The notes: generated from the sequence alone by a model not told the origin. Positions 1 to 11,112 are shown, counted from the stretch's first letter. The stretch is 64,000 nucleotides of DNA from Aureliella sp. (GCA_963691875.1 OY829846.1:1280001-1344000); one strand, 5' to 3'. Program-made: numbers and translations.

Positions 1-2
1 CC

Positions 3-635
3 GCAGGAAAGAGTAGCTTCCTAAACGACAATGCGGATGTTGAATTCGTCGGCGCGATTTCTGCGGCCCTTGATCAAGGGGATAATTGGATCGGCTGGCA
101 TTCCTTTGGACCGGCCCTAGTTGAGTTCCTAAGTTCCAGCGTAGATTGGTCCTATTGCACTGTGTTACTTTGCGGCGATTCTATTCAGCAAAGAAGCAGT
201 ATCCTACCTTTGCTCAAGAAAACTCCTGCGAAGCTACTCTGGCTCGACGCCGGCGAGTCTGAAGAGGACCTGGAAACATGGTTAGAACGCAGCGAATCTT
301 CGCTGCATCAGCCCGTCGCGTTTACTGATGTAGACCAACTGCCCGACTGCCTGGGTGCTGCGAGTGAGTCGTCGGAACAAATCGTCATCATCCAACCTTC
401 GCAATTGGCATTGGGCGCATTGGCGACTGCTGAGCCTGAAAACTGGGACAAGGTTGCGGTGTGGGATCCGACCGCATCGTTGCCCCAGGAACTTACTGAA
501 TTGGCATCGTTTCAAGCGATTTCCTCCCACAGTTTGAACATTGCGATTGATGAATACGACTTCCAACGCTGGACCGGGGCCGAGCCTAACCGAAGCCTGC
601 TAGTCGATGCCCACGATGAATACTGTTCTTTCTAA
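3..635 (+). CDS. Shikimate dehydrogenase-like protein, C-terminal part (5' truncated by window edge)
   Basis: Frame 3 is open from the window start. C-terminus DFQRWTGAEP resembles the AroE QFxxWTG motif. Divergent. Confidence 0.45.
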   Translation, partial: AGKSSFLNDNADVEFVGAISAALDQGDNWIGWHSFGPALVEFLSSSVDWSYCTVLLCGDSIQQRSSILPLLKKTPAKLLWLDAGESEEDLETWLERSESSLHQPVAFTDVDQLPDCLGAASESSEQIVIIQPSQLALGALATAEPENWDKVAVWDPTASLPQELTELASFQAISSHSLNIAIDEYDFQRWTGAEPNRSLLVDAHDEYCSF

Positions 636-713
636 CCCTGGTCTGAGCTCTCTGCACTGCGTCAGCCCTAAAGCCCCTGCCCATTTCATCTCCTAAAAAC
701 ACTGCCGAACCTG

Positions 714-1025
714 ATGTCCGAGTTTTCACTTCGCGTTCTTCGCACCCTCAGTGTGCTGGACGGCTTGTCCTTTATCTACCTGCTGTTCCACGCCATTTAC
801 TCTAAGCGGATCTTGGGCGATGAAGAGGCGATTCAGGTTCCAGGGATGATTCACGGTGTGATCTTCTGCGGTCTACTTGTTGCACTTGTATTTGCCACAC
901 TTCGACTCAGATGGCCGGTCCGGCGTCCCGCCTTGGTCTTCGCTTGCGCACTCATCCCCTTCGCGCCATTCGCCCTGGAGTTCTCGCTCGCGAAAGAGCA
1001 AGGGGAACTGCGAATCGAAAGGTAA
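714..1025 (+). CDS. DUF3817 family small membrane protein
   Basis: 103 aa, three hydrophobic segments, GMIHG and ALIPFAPF motifs. Confidence 0.75.
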   Translation: MSEFSLRVLRTLSVLDGLSFIYLLFHAIYSKRILGDEEAIQVPGMIHGVIFCGLLVALVFATLRLRWPVRRPALVFACALIPFAPFALEFSLAKEQGELRIER

Positions 1026-1578
1026 CTTGTTGCAGAGAAGCTTCGACCTCAATCGAGCCAGACGACGGTTGGTCGTAGCTTGATTTTGCGCCTGAATAGA
1101 ATCGAGTCCAGCTTTCCGGCCGCCAGTACTAGTTCCACGCTCGAAGCCTCGAGTTCTTCGAACTGCTCATCCGTTTTGTCCATAGGAAGGCCAGCGAACG
1201 CATTTAGGAACGCTTGTGTCATCGTCGTCAAACGCGAAGGAGAGGCAGCCAAATTTGTTACAAAAATTTCGGTTCTCGCGCGAGGCTCGGCATAAGCTAC
1301 CGCACAGTCCTCTAGGCAAACTTCAGCAGATCGTTCCGCTTAGCTTTTAAACGTAGAGGCACGGTCTTGCTAGCTCAATTCATCTGGCAAGCTGCTCTTT
1401 ATCTCAGTCAAAATCTGCTTGGCAGCAAGAATCATTCGTTTGACGGCGGCAGTCTCGCATTTACCTCATCCCGCAAACTGAATCAGAAGTAGCACGACGA
1501 AGATCAGCCGTTTTAGGTCTATCAATCTACTCCCAGTGGTATTCAGCTTTCCTCTTGTTCGCAGCTCTACTATTTTTG

Positions 1579-2070
1579 CTATGACTTTGGCATTTTTCTG
1601 AATCGTAAAATCAGTGTAATAGGAACCAGCACCAGAGAGCTCAATACAACATAGTTCCACCATGCTGACGACTGTCAATCGATCACACATCGATTGGGAT
1701 TCGGTGGATCGTAGAAGACAGTGACTTCATTGCACTGCTCGGATATCTTGCCTGCCGTTGAACGGTCTTCGCTGGCGAATCGAAACGAGTACCGACCTGC
1801 TTCATAGTCCTTTCCTTCAACGACGAGCTGATGTCAGAATCGATAGAAGTTGGTGGCTCTTTCTTGATGCTGACTCTTGCCGGTCTTCGAAACGGTAATG
1901 CGTCCTGATGTTGACGGCCATGAGGCTGCCTCCCATCGTCGGCTCATGTTTTGCCAAGACGGAATCACCAATAACCCTATGCCAATCGCCGCAGCAGCAA
2001 AGAGTGGAAACCAGAATTCTCAATTGATTCTGCGAAGCTGACTGAGCGTTGTAAGGATGACCTCTCTGAT
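1579..2070 (-). pseudogene. DUF3592-like membrane protein pseudogene
   Basis: Manual translation: TM helix, SWPSTSGRI, V.G..Y, VTVFYDPPNP, C-terminal TM. In-frame TGA at 2020-2022, 1834-1836 and 1675-1677. Start not identified. Confidence 0.65.
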
Positions 2071-2118
2071 ATTGCTATGCGCATTGTGATAGCGGACAGC
2101 AGGACATACGTTGCAAGC

Positions 2119-2739
2119 TCAATCGTTCCCAAAAGTCACAATCTCGGTCCCTTCCCTGGCATCATAGCTTAGCAACAATGCGTCTGAACGAGCGAACTGA
2201 CGGATTATGCTGTGATAAAGCGTATGCTCGTTTGGCCAAGGGTAGGCGTAGATTAAATCGAAGTCGCGAAGCTCCATGTCGAGTTCAGCATAGCCCGCTG
2301 GAAGGTCAATCACCGTTCGGTTCACCTCATCGTGGTCCGCAGGTCGCCACTCAAATTCGTCAGGTATGAAACTTCCCTGAACAAATCGTGCCTCCGGTCC
2401 ATAGGCTTCGGCTAAATCTTCCGAGTGCTCAACGAGAGTCCCATCTGCTTCAATGCCGTAAGCTTCAAATCCAAGTCGGCTTGCCATGATTGTGGTAACG
2501 CCCAAGCCAGATCCCCACTCGAGAAACACCAAGGCTTGTTCACGAAGTTTCACCAACGACCTTGCGACCTCCAAGAAATCTGCGCTGACATATCGCTCAA
2601 ACGCCGGTGCATCTTGATAGCGATCCCACAACTCTTCCGCCGCATCCCAGAGATCACCAAACTCCGCCAGCAATTCTTCATCACTGTCCAAATTGGAGTC
2701 AATTTCGCCTGGATTATTACTCACTTGAGACTCGTCCAT
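2119..2739 (-). CDS. Class I SAM-dependent methyltransferase
   Basis: FLEWGSGLG motif I, YGIE, DLIYAYPWP. Probable ATG at 2739. Confidence 0.85.
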   Translation of the reverse strand: MDESQVSNNPGEIDSNLDSDEELLAEFGDLWDAAEELWDRYQDAPAFERYVSADFLEVARSLVKLREQALVFLEWGSGLGVTTIMASRLGFEAYGIEADGTLVEHSEDLAEAYGPEARFVQGSFIPDEFEWRPADHDEVNRTVIDLPAGYAELDMELRDFDLIYAYPWPNEHTLYHSIIRQFARSDALLLSYDAREGTEIVTFGND

Positions 2740-3242
2740 CGGAAGTATTGATATCTGATTGCCGTATCCCAAACCATCATTCGGCTGGTAGATCTTTGAC
2801 CAGCCAGCAATTCCCTTCTTATGATTCAATCTTCGAAGAACTCCTCTGAGTAATTTGCCAGAGGGCCCATGAGATTCATCCAACAGCGGCTTGTGATAAT
2901 CCTATGAACATGCCCCTGAGGTATATCGGAATCCGAAGAGGCCGGCTCAGAACATGGGCCGCAAAGTCGGCTAGCAATATGCGTTGACTTCGAGCGTACC
3001 CTTCCAGATCAACGACAGAGATTAGCATTGCAGCTTGCTTTCAACGATCCAGCCGCGGGCCACCTCAGCAGCAATTCCTGCGATGTGCGTATCAGCTGGA
3101 ATCAGGAATTCGTTCAAGGTAAGGCCACCGATACTCGTGAAACGTTAACACGAGATACGCGTCACCGAGGGCCCCTTTCTGAGGTCCATTCCGTCAACCA
3201 AAACGCGGCTGCCAATTCGGGAAGAACTCTCGATTCGTTGCA

Positions 3243-4193
3243 CTAATACGTCTCTGGCGAGACGACAATTTCTATGCGACGGTTTTGGCTACGTCCGTCA
3301 GGGGATTGATTGTCAGCGATGGGTCGGTTCGGGCCATGAGCCGACAACGAGAGCTGCTGTGTTGGCACGCCACCACGACGCGCCAGATAGTTGATTACAG
3401 CCTGAGCTTGAGCGCTCGCCAACTGAGCAAGGCCCTGGTATCCACCTGGCACAGCAGTCGTATCAGTGTGAGCTTCGACGGCAACTCTTTGACGAGGGTA
3501 AGACCGAACCAAAGCTCCAGCGACTTGGTCCAAGGTCAATGATGCAGATGGACTTAATTGACTTGACCCAGGTGCAAACAACTGATCGCTACTCATGCGA
3601 ATCCGCAGCGAGTCTCCTTCGGGGATAATCTCTGCCCCAGAAATCTGCAGTCCGGAGATGTTGGTTCGGTTGAGCGAGTTATTTGCGGTCAAGCGAGCGC
3701 CGCCACGCAATCGCATCGACTCCTCCATCTGAGTCATCGATGCTTGCATGGCTTTTGCCTGGTCGGCATACTTTTGACTGCTGGCCAGCAACTGCTTATT
3801 CTGCTGCGTTGCGTCCTCAAGCTGACGGGCGAGTAGTTCAGAACGTTCCCTGAACGCCTGAGCTTGTTGTTGTGCCTGAGCAATTTGGGAAGTCAAGTCA
3901 CGGTTGTTTGCGTCAAGCTGTTTGACTTGCTTTTGCAATTCAATAAGCTGCGGATGCGTCTGTTGCTGGGCGAACACTGAGCCTGCGCCGGCCGCAGCTT
4001 GCGCTGCACCAGGCTGCCCAGCCAGTCCAGCATTGGGCAATCCACCGGGGGCAGGATAGGCAGCTGGATAAGTTTGAGCGCAGCCGCTTAACATCGCAGC
4101 TGAGGATAATATGCACGCGACACACAACGAAGAGGGCTTGAGAAGTTGCGCAGGATACGAATTCAAGCTTTTGCCAATGATTTTCTGTCTCAT
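3243..4193 (-). CDS. OmpA/MotB-family lipoprotein with coiled coil
   Basis: Lipobox LSGC, Gln-rich coiled coil, C-terminal HTD and NRRIEIV peptidoglycan-binding motifs. Start uncertain. Confidence 0.85.
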   Translation of the reverse strand: MRQKIIGKSLNSYPAQLLKPSSLCVACILSSAAMLSGCAQTYPAAYPAPGGLPNAGLAGQPGAAQAAAGAGSVFAQQQTHPQLIELQKQVKQLDANNRDLTSQIAQAQQQAQAFRERSELLARQLEDATQQNKQLLASSQKYADQAKAMQASMTQMEESMRLRGGARLTANNSLNRTNISGLQISGAEIIPEGDSLRIRMSSDQLFAPGSSQLSPSASLTLDQVAGALVRSYPRQRVAVEAHTDTTAVPGGYQGLAQLASAQAQAVINYLARRGGVPTQQLSLSAHGPNRPIADNQSPDGRSQNRRIEIVVSPETY

Positions 4194-4323
4194 TACGCAG
4201 ACGATTTCCAAATCGGATGCATTCGATCTTCGGGGCAGAAGAACATGCTTCACTCCCGGACAAACGTTAGCTGCCTGCACGCTAGGACAGCAATAGGAAT
4301 CCGCAAATGCTAGCGAAAGAAAT

Positions 4324-5835
4324 TCAGGCTTGGAGGACGCCCTCGATGACTTGCCCATGCACGTCGGTGAGCCGACGCTTGATGCCATTGTGATAGAAGC
4401 TGAGCCGTTCATGATTGAGCCCGAGAAGGTGAAGAATGGTGGCATGAAAGTCGTAGATGGTTGCCACATCCTCAATCGCTTTATAACCAAATTCGTCGGT
4501 CGAGCCATAACTCCATGGAGCCTTGACGCCAGCTCCGGCAAGCCATGCTGTGAAGCCAGCAGGGTTGTGGTCACGCCCGCTGGCTCCGGCCTGAAAGGTT
4601 GGCATTCTCCCGAACTCGGTACACCAAATAACTAGGGTGTCCTTCAAGAGTCCACGCTGCTTCAAATCCTTGAGCAATGCGGCGGTTGGCTGGTCCAGGA
4701 CGGGGCCATGCTTGGAGTACTGTTGCTGCAGTGCCTTGTGTCCATCCCAGTTGCTGACACCTTCGCCACCTGTCTGGTAGGCTCCGTTAAAGAGTTGTAC
4801 GAAACGCACGCCTTTTTCGACCAGTCGGCGCGCCAGGATACAGTTTCTGGCGAACGATGCCTTCAACTCATTGCTTCTGTCGTCGGCGCCATACAGCCTC
4901 AGCATGGCTTTCGATTCGGAGGACATATCCGCGACCTCTGGAACGCTCAGTTGCATCTTGGCGGCCAACTGATAGCTTGATATCCTCGCTGCCAATTCGC
5001 TATCGCCAGGAAATTGCTCCAAGTGCCGTCGGTTCAGTTGCTCTAGAAACGCTCGGGTTTCGCGATCGGTTGCCTCGCCTATACCGTTGGGCCGCGCCAA
5101 GTTTCGCAGCGGTTTGGCGGCGTTGAAATCGGTCCCTTGGAATGCTGCGGGCAGAAATCCTGGCCCCCAATTGTTGACGCTTGACTGTGGCGTTCCGCGT
5201 GGGTCAGGGATGGCCACGTAAGCCGGCAGGTTCTCATTCTCGGTTCCGAGTGCCCAAGTGACCCAGGCGCCCATGCTGGGAAAGCCGTCGAGGGTGAAGC
5301 CAGTCGACATGAAATTCTCACCGGGGCCATGCGTGTTGGTTTTGCCAGTGAGAGAATGGATGAAGCAGATGTCGTCGGCCATCTCACCGATCTGCGGTAC
5401 CAAGTCTGAAATCATCTTGCCGCATTCGCCACGCGGCTTGAAGCCCCACGGGCTTTTCGTCAAGTTTCCTTGTGCCCCCTGAAACGTGATCAGTTTTTCC
5501 GCATTAGGCATCGGTTCCCCATGCCGTTTGACCAGTTCAGGTTTGTAGTCAAAGGTGTCAAGCTGACTGCACGCACCAGAGCAATAGATCATTACCACGT
5601 TTTTTGCTTTCGCGGCAAAGTGAGGCGATCTGCTTGCAAATGGCGATGACGGATCGATTTTCGGGCGAAGCGGTGAATCATCCGCCAGTAGCCGTTCCCG
5701 CCCGAGAATGCTGGCTATGGCAATTCCCGCCAAGCTATTGGCTGGATCAAACAGAAACTTTCGTCGGTTTCTCGGTTGCATCAGGTAAGGCTCTCGGGAT
5801 TCGAAGGGCTTGGCCAGATTGATTGTGCGAGGCAT
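4324..5835 (-). CDS. DUF1501 domain protein
   Basis: Tat-like [32 protein letters not shown]. Confidence 0.9.
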   Translation of the reverse strand: MPRTINLAKPFESREPYLMQPRNRRKFLFDPANSLAGIAIASILGRERLLADDSPLRPKIDPSSPFASRSPHFAAKAKNVVMIYCSGACSQLDTFDYKPELVKRHGEPMPNAEKLITFQGAQGNLTKSPWGFKPRGECGKMISDLVPQIGEMADDICFIHSLTGKTNTHGPGENFMSTGFTLDGFPSMGAWVTWALGTENENLPAYVAIPDPRGTPQSSVNNWGPGFLPAAFQGTDFNAAKPLRNLARPNGIGEATDRETRAFLEQLNRRHLEQFPGDSELAARISSYQLAAKMQLSVPEVADMSSESKAMLRLYGADDRSNELKASFARNCILARRLVEKGVRFVQLFNGAYQTGGEGVSNWDGHKALQQQYSKHGPVLDQPTAALLKDLKQRGLLKDTLVIWCTEFGRMPTFQAGASGRDHNPAGFTAWLAGAGVKAPWSYGSTDEFGYKAIEDVATIYDFHATILHLLGLNHERLSFYHNGIKRRLTDVHGQVIEGVLQA

Positions 5836-5838
5836 TTG

Positions 5839-8574
5839 CTAGGGGATGAACACGAATTCGTTTGCGTTGAGCATCGCCCTCGCAAACTGCGTCCAGTCTG
5901 TCCGCTGCACAAATGCTTCGGCTTCTGCGATCTCGGCCTCGTCAGGTTCACGTCCAAAGCAAAGTTCGTAAGCCAAGTGAATGCGTTTCGCGGAATCGCT
6001 CTCCGATGCTGTTAGCCGCTCTGCGAAAAATTTCGCTTGCTCCATCACAAAATGACTGTTCAGCAGGTTTAAGGCTTGCAGGGGCGTGGTCGACCTGCTG
6101 CGTTTGGGAGTCACTTGACTGTTATCGGGGCAGTCAAACACTCCGAATACGGAATCCCGTTCTTGTCTCACACGTGTCATATAAACCATTCGCCGCCAAT
6201 CATTCGGCCCAAAAGATTTTTTGGGAAAGTAGTGGCGTACGTTTTCCATTTCAATTTCAAAGGCGCTGAAGCCCGGGCCGCCCATCACTGGATTAAGCTT
6301 GCCACTCACTGCGAGCATACAGTCCCGAATGCCCTCACCCTCTAGTCTCCGCGGCGGAAATCGCCACAGCAATCGCGAGTCGGCGTCGATAGCAAGAGCT
6401 GCCTCAATGGGCTGGCTGGCCTGCTGCCAAGTCTCCGAACGCAAGATGATGCGTTGAATGTGTTTTAACGACCAATCGTTCTCAATGAGCTCGTTTGCCA
6501 GCCAGTCGAGTAACTCCGGATGCGTCGGCTCTGTTCCATTAGTGCCGAAATCGCTTGGAGTGTCGACGATTCCGGTGCCAAAGTGAAACTGCCAAAGGCG
6601 ATTGACTGCAATTCGAGCCGTCAACGGATTCTTCTCGTTTGCGATCCATTTTGCAATCGCCACCCGTCTTTGCTGTTCCGGCGCGTCGCGGTCGATGATC
6701 GGTCCGGAAAGCGATGCAATCCCTGCTGGCGGGACTTCCTCGCGAGGAGCGGTGTACTCGCCACGATAAAGTCGGTGCGTTGGACCTGGCTGGACAAATG
6801 TTCCGGCGTAAACTCTTGTAGATGCTTGGAGGCGCTGCCGAGTACTCTTGCTATTTTGCAATTGTTTGAACCAAGCCCTCCCTTTCGCAGCAAGGCTGTC
6901 TGGAAACTTGGCAAAATCGTATCGGGGCGCTGAATTCTCGGAAAAGAGATTTCGGTCTTCCGAGCTCGCCAATTGAAACCACTTCTCGCCATCTACCGAC
7001 GCAGTGATCTGATAGTTGGTCGCCAATCTATCTGAGTATTCTCCAGTTCGGTCACGCTGCCAAACAATCCTCTCGATCCGCTCTAGTTTCGCGAACTCAA
7101 TCTGCACCCAGCCGCCCGAGACCGTACTAGAAATCCAGCTCTTTGCGTTCCCGAAATTGCCGTCGTTGATATGCTTGAGTTTGTGCAACGGATGGACAAA
7201 ATCTCCCGATGAGGAAGCTCTCGCGCCATTCTGTACCAGCGCGACATTCTTCTCTGCGGAGAACACCTGGAGTTCGTCGATACATGCCTCACCTCGATTC
7301 GTTCCAAGGACATTAAACCTAACAAAACACGCCTCGACTGGAGCAAAGTCTTCGACATTCCGCTGCGCTGTTACTGGTGAACGCAAATTTGGATTCTCGA
7401 GAACATTAAACTGCTTTAGATTATCTGTCAGTTGCTTGATCATCTTATCGAGCTCTGCAATCTTTGCCTGCGTTTCTGAAGATAATGGCAAAGTTCTTTC
7501 CGCATGATTCACACCGGCGAATACCGCTGCCAGAGAGTAGTAATCGCTTTGCGAAATGGGATCAAACTTGTGGTTGTGACAGCGTGCACATCCGACGGTT
7601 AGCCCCAGGAAGGCCGTGCTCGTCGTGTTGATCATGTCGGCCAATTCGTCTTGGCGCTGCATGTTCGTCAAGTTCGGATCTTTGCTCTTTACGATATCGT
7701 TTGGCCCCGCCACCAAGAACGCCGTGCCTATCCCATCACTGATCGCGTCGCCTGCAATCTGTTCGAAGATAAACTCATCATAGGGTTTATCTTCGTTAAA
7801 CGCATTGATCACCCAGTCCCTGTAAGGCCATGCATTGGGTCGCTCGCGGTTCGTTTCGAATCCAGTTGTTTCGCCAAATCTGGCAAGGTCGAGCCAGTGT
7901 TGCGCCCAACGCTCGCCGTATCGTGGACTACGCAGCACGCTGCCCACGAGCCGCTCCCACGCATCAGGGCGATCGTCCGCGACGAAGTTTCGCACCTGCT
8001 CGGGAGTCGGCGGCATTCCGTGCATCACCATGTGCAGCCGTCGGATTAATTGCCTCCGAGGAGCCCTTCTTGAGCGTGTGAGTTGAGCTTTCAACAAACG
8101 CTTATCGATAAAGTGGTCGATCGGGCTCTCGCCATTCGCGAGAGGGACTGCAGTTTCTCGCAGTGGCTGGAAAGACCAGTGATCTGACTTGGTGGCCGCC
8201 AGTTTTTCCTCAACTGGCTTCCACATTTCTGATTGGTTAATCCACTGCCGCAAGATTTCGAGTTCTCGATCGTCAAGCGGATCAGCCTCTGGCGGCATTC
8301 GCTCGCTTGAACCCTTCGTTGTAACTCGTTGATAAAGATAGCTGCCTTGGCTGTTTCCAGGCTGGATGACTTTCTCGCCCGAATCTCCGCCTTTCAGAGC
8401 CCAAAGACTGGAGTCGAGTCTCAAACCAGATTCGGCCAGCTCTGCGCCGTGGCAATCCACGCAGTGTTTTTGCAGAACAGTTAGGGCTTCGTTATTAAGG
8501 CTGATCGTTTCATCCGCACAGCAAGTCACAACAATACAAATTATTGCAGCCAGAGAAATAACGATCCGGAACAT
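5839..8574 (-). CDS. Planctomycete cytochrome c / DUF1549 / F5-8 type C / DUF1553 (PSD1) protein
   Basis: CVDCH, HWSFQP, YGERWAQHWLD, CARCHNHKFDP, PTHPELLDWLA, PLQALNLLN, discoidin-like insert. Confidence 0.9.
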   Translation of the reverse strand: MFRIVISLAAIICIVVTCCADETISLNNEALTVLQKHCVDCHGAELAESGLRLDSSLWALKGGDSGEKVIQPGNSQGSYLYQRVTTKGSSERMPPEADPLDDRELEILRQWINQSEMWKPVEEKLAATKSDHWSFQPLRETAVPLANGESPIDHFIDKRLLKAQLTRSRRAPRRQLIRRLHMVMHGMPPTPEQVRNFVADDRPDAWERLVGSVLRSPRYGERWAQHWLDLARFGETTGFETNRERPNAWPYRDWVINAFNEDKPYDEFIFEQIAGDAISDGIGTAFLVAGPNDIVKSKDPNLTNMQRQDELADMINTTSTAFLGLTVGCARCHNHKFDPISQSDYYSLAAVFAGVNHAERTLPLSSETQAKIAELDKMIKQLTDNLKQFNVLENPNLRSPVTAQRNVEDFAPVEACFVRFNVLGTNRGEACIDELQVFSAEKNVALVQNGARASSSGDFVHPLHKLKHINDGNFGNAKSWISSTVSGGWVQIEFAKLERIERIVWQRDRTGEYSDRLATNYQITASVDGEKWFQLASSEDRNLFSENSAPRYDFAKFPDSLAAKGRAWFKQLQNSKSTRQRLQASTRVYAGTFVQPGPTHRLYRGEYTAPREEVPPAGIASLSGPIIDRDAPEQQRRVAIAKWIANEKNPLTARIAVNRLWQFHFGTGIVDTPSDFGTNGTEPTHPELLDWLANELIENDWSLKHIQRIILRSETWQQASQPIEAALAIDADSRLLWRFPPRRLEGEGIRDCMLAVSGKLNPVMGGPGFSAFEIEMENVRHYFPKKSFGPNDWRRMVYMTRVRQERDSVFGVFDCPDNSQVTPKRSRSTTPLQALNLLNSHFVMEQAKFFAERLTASESDSAKRIHLAYELCFGREPDEAEIAEAEAFVQRTDWTQFARAMLNANEFVFIP

Positions 8575-8749
8575 AAAATATCTTTGGCGCAGGAAGGATT
8601 GGAGAAGGCCATCGGGTGGAACCTTTATTCTAGCAAAGTCTCGGCCGGTAAAGCACAACTTGCTCCTTCGAGGCTAGCGGAGCAAGCCTAGTAAGTGCTT
8701 CACTCTTTTAGCCGACGTCGCTCGCTGCGGGCCAGCGTTTTCTTAGTTC

Positions 8750-8833
8750 AGCCCGACGCTAGCCGTTCGGCTCACTCCACGAATGTGTGACAGTAATGCC
8801 CCGACCGACCGCACCGACGTGTAGCGTTGGGCT
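8750..8833. repeat. REP-like inverted doublet in intergenic DNA
   Basis: AGCCCGACGCTA (8750-8761) and TAGCGTTGGGCT (8822-8833) are inverted copies with one mismatch. Related AGCGTCGGGC at 38831. Confidence 0.4.
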
Positions 8834-8896
8834 TCATTACCCCTCCCGCAGGCGTGAAGGGGAATTAAGTAAAAACAAGAAAAACTCCGATTTGAC

Positions 8897-10627
8897 TTAA
8901 CCATCGTTTCGACTGGCTTGAGTCTCCGCCAACGTTCTAATGCGGCGAATCATGCCTTCCAAACCGCTGCGACGTTGAGTTGAGACGAATTGGTGGAGCC
9001 CTATACGCCGAAAGAATCCTTCCAGATCGTAGTTCAGTACTTCATCAACTTGTTGGCCGCTGAACAATTGCTGCAAAACAGCAATTAGGCCGCGAACGAT
9101 TCCTGCGTTTGAATCCGCGGCGAACTCAAATCGCGTCGCGTCAGTTGGGGCAGGACGCCCCACCAAATAAACTTCGCTCATGCAACCGGGAACCGCTTCA
9201 CTGATCTTCTTCAGAGCTTCGAAGTGATCGGGAACGGACTGCCCGAACTCCATCAGCAATTCTGTTTTGCTTTCGGCATCGTCAAAGTCCAGGAACTCTT
9301 CTTCGAGCTCTTCGGCTGCTTCTACCACCGAGCCAAACTCGGAGCTACCAAACTGGATCTGTGTGCCATTTGGGGAAGCAGGGAGCACGGCCTTTTGATT
9401 CTTACGCCCCTCGACTAACTCCATCAAACTCACTTGAAGAGCCTCTACTTCTTCTTCGGTGTTATAGAAGGCCATCGAAACGCGACTTGTCCCCGTAACC
9501 TCCATTTGTCCCATCAGAGGCATGCAGCAGTGATGTCCCGTCCTGATAGCGATGCCAGCGTTGGCGAGGTGGTTCGCAATGTCCATTGGCGCGATGGACG
9601 GAGATTCGAGCACAAAACTTAGCACCGCAGCCTTCTCGTGTGATTTGCCAATGACCCTTAGGCCGGGAACGGATTCGAGACGCTCAGTCGCTAATTCAAG
9701 AAGATGGAGCTCCCAAGCAGCAATCTTGTCAAAACCGATGTCCGCAACGTAGTCAATTGCAGCCGCGAGACCAATTGCACCCGCCATATCCGGTGTACCT
9801 GCTTCAAATCGATTAGGCAGCTTAGCGTAAGTTGTCTTGTCAAAGGCGACCGTTTCAATCATGTCCCCACCACCTTGGTAAGGCGGCATCGACTCGAGCA
9901 ACTCCCTGCGTCCCCAAAGTACTCCGATTCCGGTTGGACCAAAAAGTTTGTGCCCACTGAAAACGTAGAAATCGCAGCCAAGTTGCGAGACATCAGTTGG
10001 CTGATGACCGATCCATTGCGCGCCGTCAATGAGAACTTTCGCACCAACTTGCCGTGCTAAGTTGGTCAGCCCTGCTACATCGTGAATGGTGCCGAGTGCG
10101 TTGGAAACATGCTGTACCGCGATCATCCGAGTCCGATCCGTGATAAGCCTCTGCAACTCATCGAGCTGCAGGCAGCCATCCGGATCGCCGTACCAGACCT
10201 TCAATTCCGCGCCTGCTGCGGCGCAAGCCATTTGCCAAGGAACAATGTTAGAGTGGTGTTCGAGTCCACTTACAATCACTTCGTCTTCAGGGCCAAGCGA
10301 CAGCTTTCCCCAGCTGCTTGCGACAAGATTGATTGCTTCGGTCGTTCCACGAACGAAAATGCATTCTTCCGGACGCTCCGCACCGAGGAACTTGGCCACG
10401 CGAGCGCGAGCCGCCTCGTAGCGATCTGTGGCTCGTTGACTGAGTTCGTATAGACCCCGATGAACATTAGCGTTATCCTGCTCGTAGAAATTTGTGATCG
10501 CTTCGATGACTTGACGAGGTTTCTGAGTAGTCGCGCCGTTGTCGAAGTAGATGAGCTGTTTGCCATTCATCTCTGTGTGCAGAATCGGAAAATCCTGCCG
10601 GATACGTTTTAGCCAATCACTTGCCAT
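8897..10627 (-). CDS. sufS: SufS cysteine desulfurase fused to C-terminal SufE domain
   Basis: YFDNGATTQKP, EHHSNIVPWQ, SGHK, RTGHHC. C-terminal VPGCMSEVY, ADSNAGIVRGL and QRRSGL are SufE-like. Confidence 0.92.
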   Translation of the reverse strand: MASDWLKRIRQDFPILHTEMNGKQLIYFDNGATTQKPRQVIEAITNFYEQDNANVHRGLYELSQRATDRYEAARARVAKFLGAERPEECIFVRGTTEAINLVASSWGKLSLGPEDEVIVSGLEHHSNIVPWQMACAAAGAELKVWYGDPDGCLQLDELQRLITDRTRMIAVQHVSNALGTIHDVAGLTNLARQVGAKVLIDGAQWIGHQPTDVSQLGCDFYVFSGHKLFGPTGIGVLWGRRELLESMPPYQGGGDMIETVAFDKTTYAKLPNRFEAGTPDMAGAIGLAAAIDYVADIGFDKIAAWELHLLELATERLESVPGLRVIGKSHEKAAVLSFVLESPSIAPMDIANHLANAGIAIRTGHHCCMPLMGQMEVTGTSRVSMAFYNTEEEVEALQVSLMELVEGRKNQKAVLPASPNGTQIQFGSSEFGSVVEAAEELEEEFLDFDDAESKTELLMEFGQSVPDHFEALKKISEAVPGCMSEVYLVGRPAPTDATRFEFAADSNAGIVRGLIAVLQQLFSGQQVDEVLNYDLEGFFRRIGLHQFVSTQRRSGLEGMIRRIRTLAETQASRNDG

Positions 10628-10662
10628 AAGTTCAGTTTGCCGTTTGTTCCAATTTCTGAGAG

Positions 10663-11112
10663 CTAGCACTCTTCTCCAAGGCTGGGTCCGCCAAATTCTC
10701 CCGCCTCTGACCAGTCATCTTCTTGCTGGGAGCTCTCAACGGCAGCAAGCAGAAGTTGTGGAATCAATTCTAAACACGTAGGCGACTCCACCAAGTTGCC
10801 CTGGGTTCGCTCGAGAATTTCGTTAGCCGCTGATCCTTCCCACCGCTTTCCTTCGAGCTCTCCGGAAAGAAAAGAGGCAAAGCCTTCGCAATAGACGCAA
10901 CCTTGACCATCCCACCAAATTTCCTGCAAAATGTTTTCCGCGGCTGGAGAGTCCTCGTCGGAAAGCTTACCAACCTCTAACAAGCAGAGCTCGAAACGGA
11001 TTTGGCAGCCCGTTTCCTCACAGGCCGCCTCCGCGGCATGCGTAGCGTTTTCGCAGTCGCCGCGATGATAAGGCTCTTCGTAATGTTCTTGTAGGACAGC
11101 CAAACTCGTCAC
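10663..11112 (-). CDS. Divergent SufU/NifU-N family scaffold protein
   Basis: EHYEEPYHRG N-terminus, WDGQGC motif, adjacent to sufS. Confidence 0.7.
   Translation of the reverse strand: MTSLAVLQEHYEEPYHRGDCENATHAAEAACEETGCQIRFELCLLEVGKLSDEDSPAAENILQEIWWDGQGCVYCEGFASFLSGELEGKRWEGSAANEILERTQGNLVESPTCLELIPQLLLAAVESSQQEDDWSEAGEFGGPSLGEEC

Noticed and set aside
1049..1560. Short ORFs after the DUF3817 gene
   Set aside because: Possibly gene debris, but no family could be recognised
1579..2070. Sec or Trp recoding of TGA, or an alternative genetic code
   Set aside because: The TGAs are not in Cys-like motifs, no SECIS-like hairpin was seen, and intact genes such as ychF end in TGA
4194..4574. 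Long N-terminal extension of the OmpA ORF overlapping DUF1501
   Set aside because: ORF-finder artefact; the lipoprotein signal lies downstream and the extension overlaps a real gene in another frame
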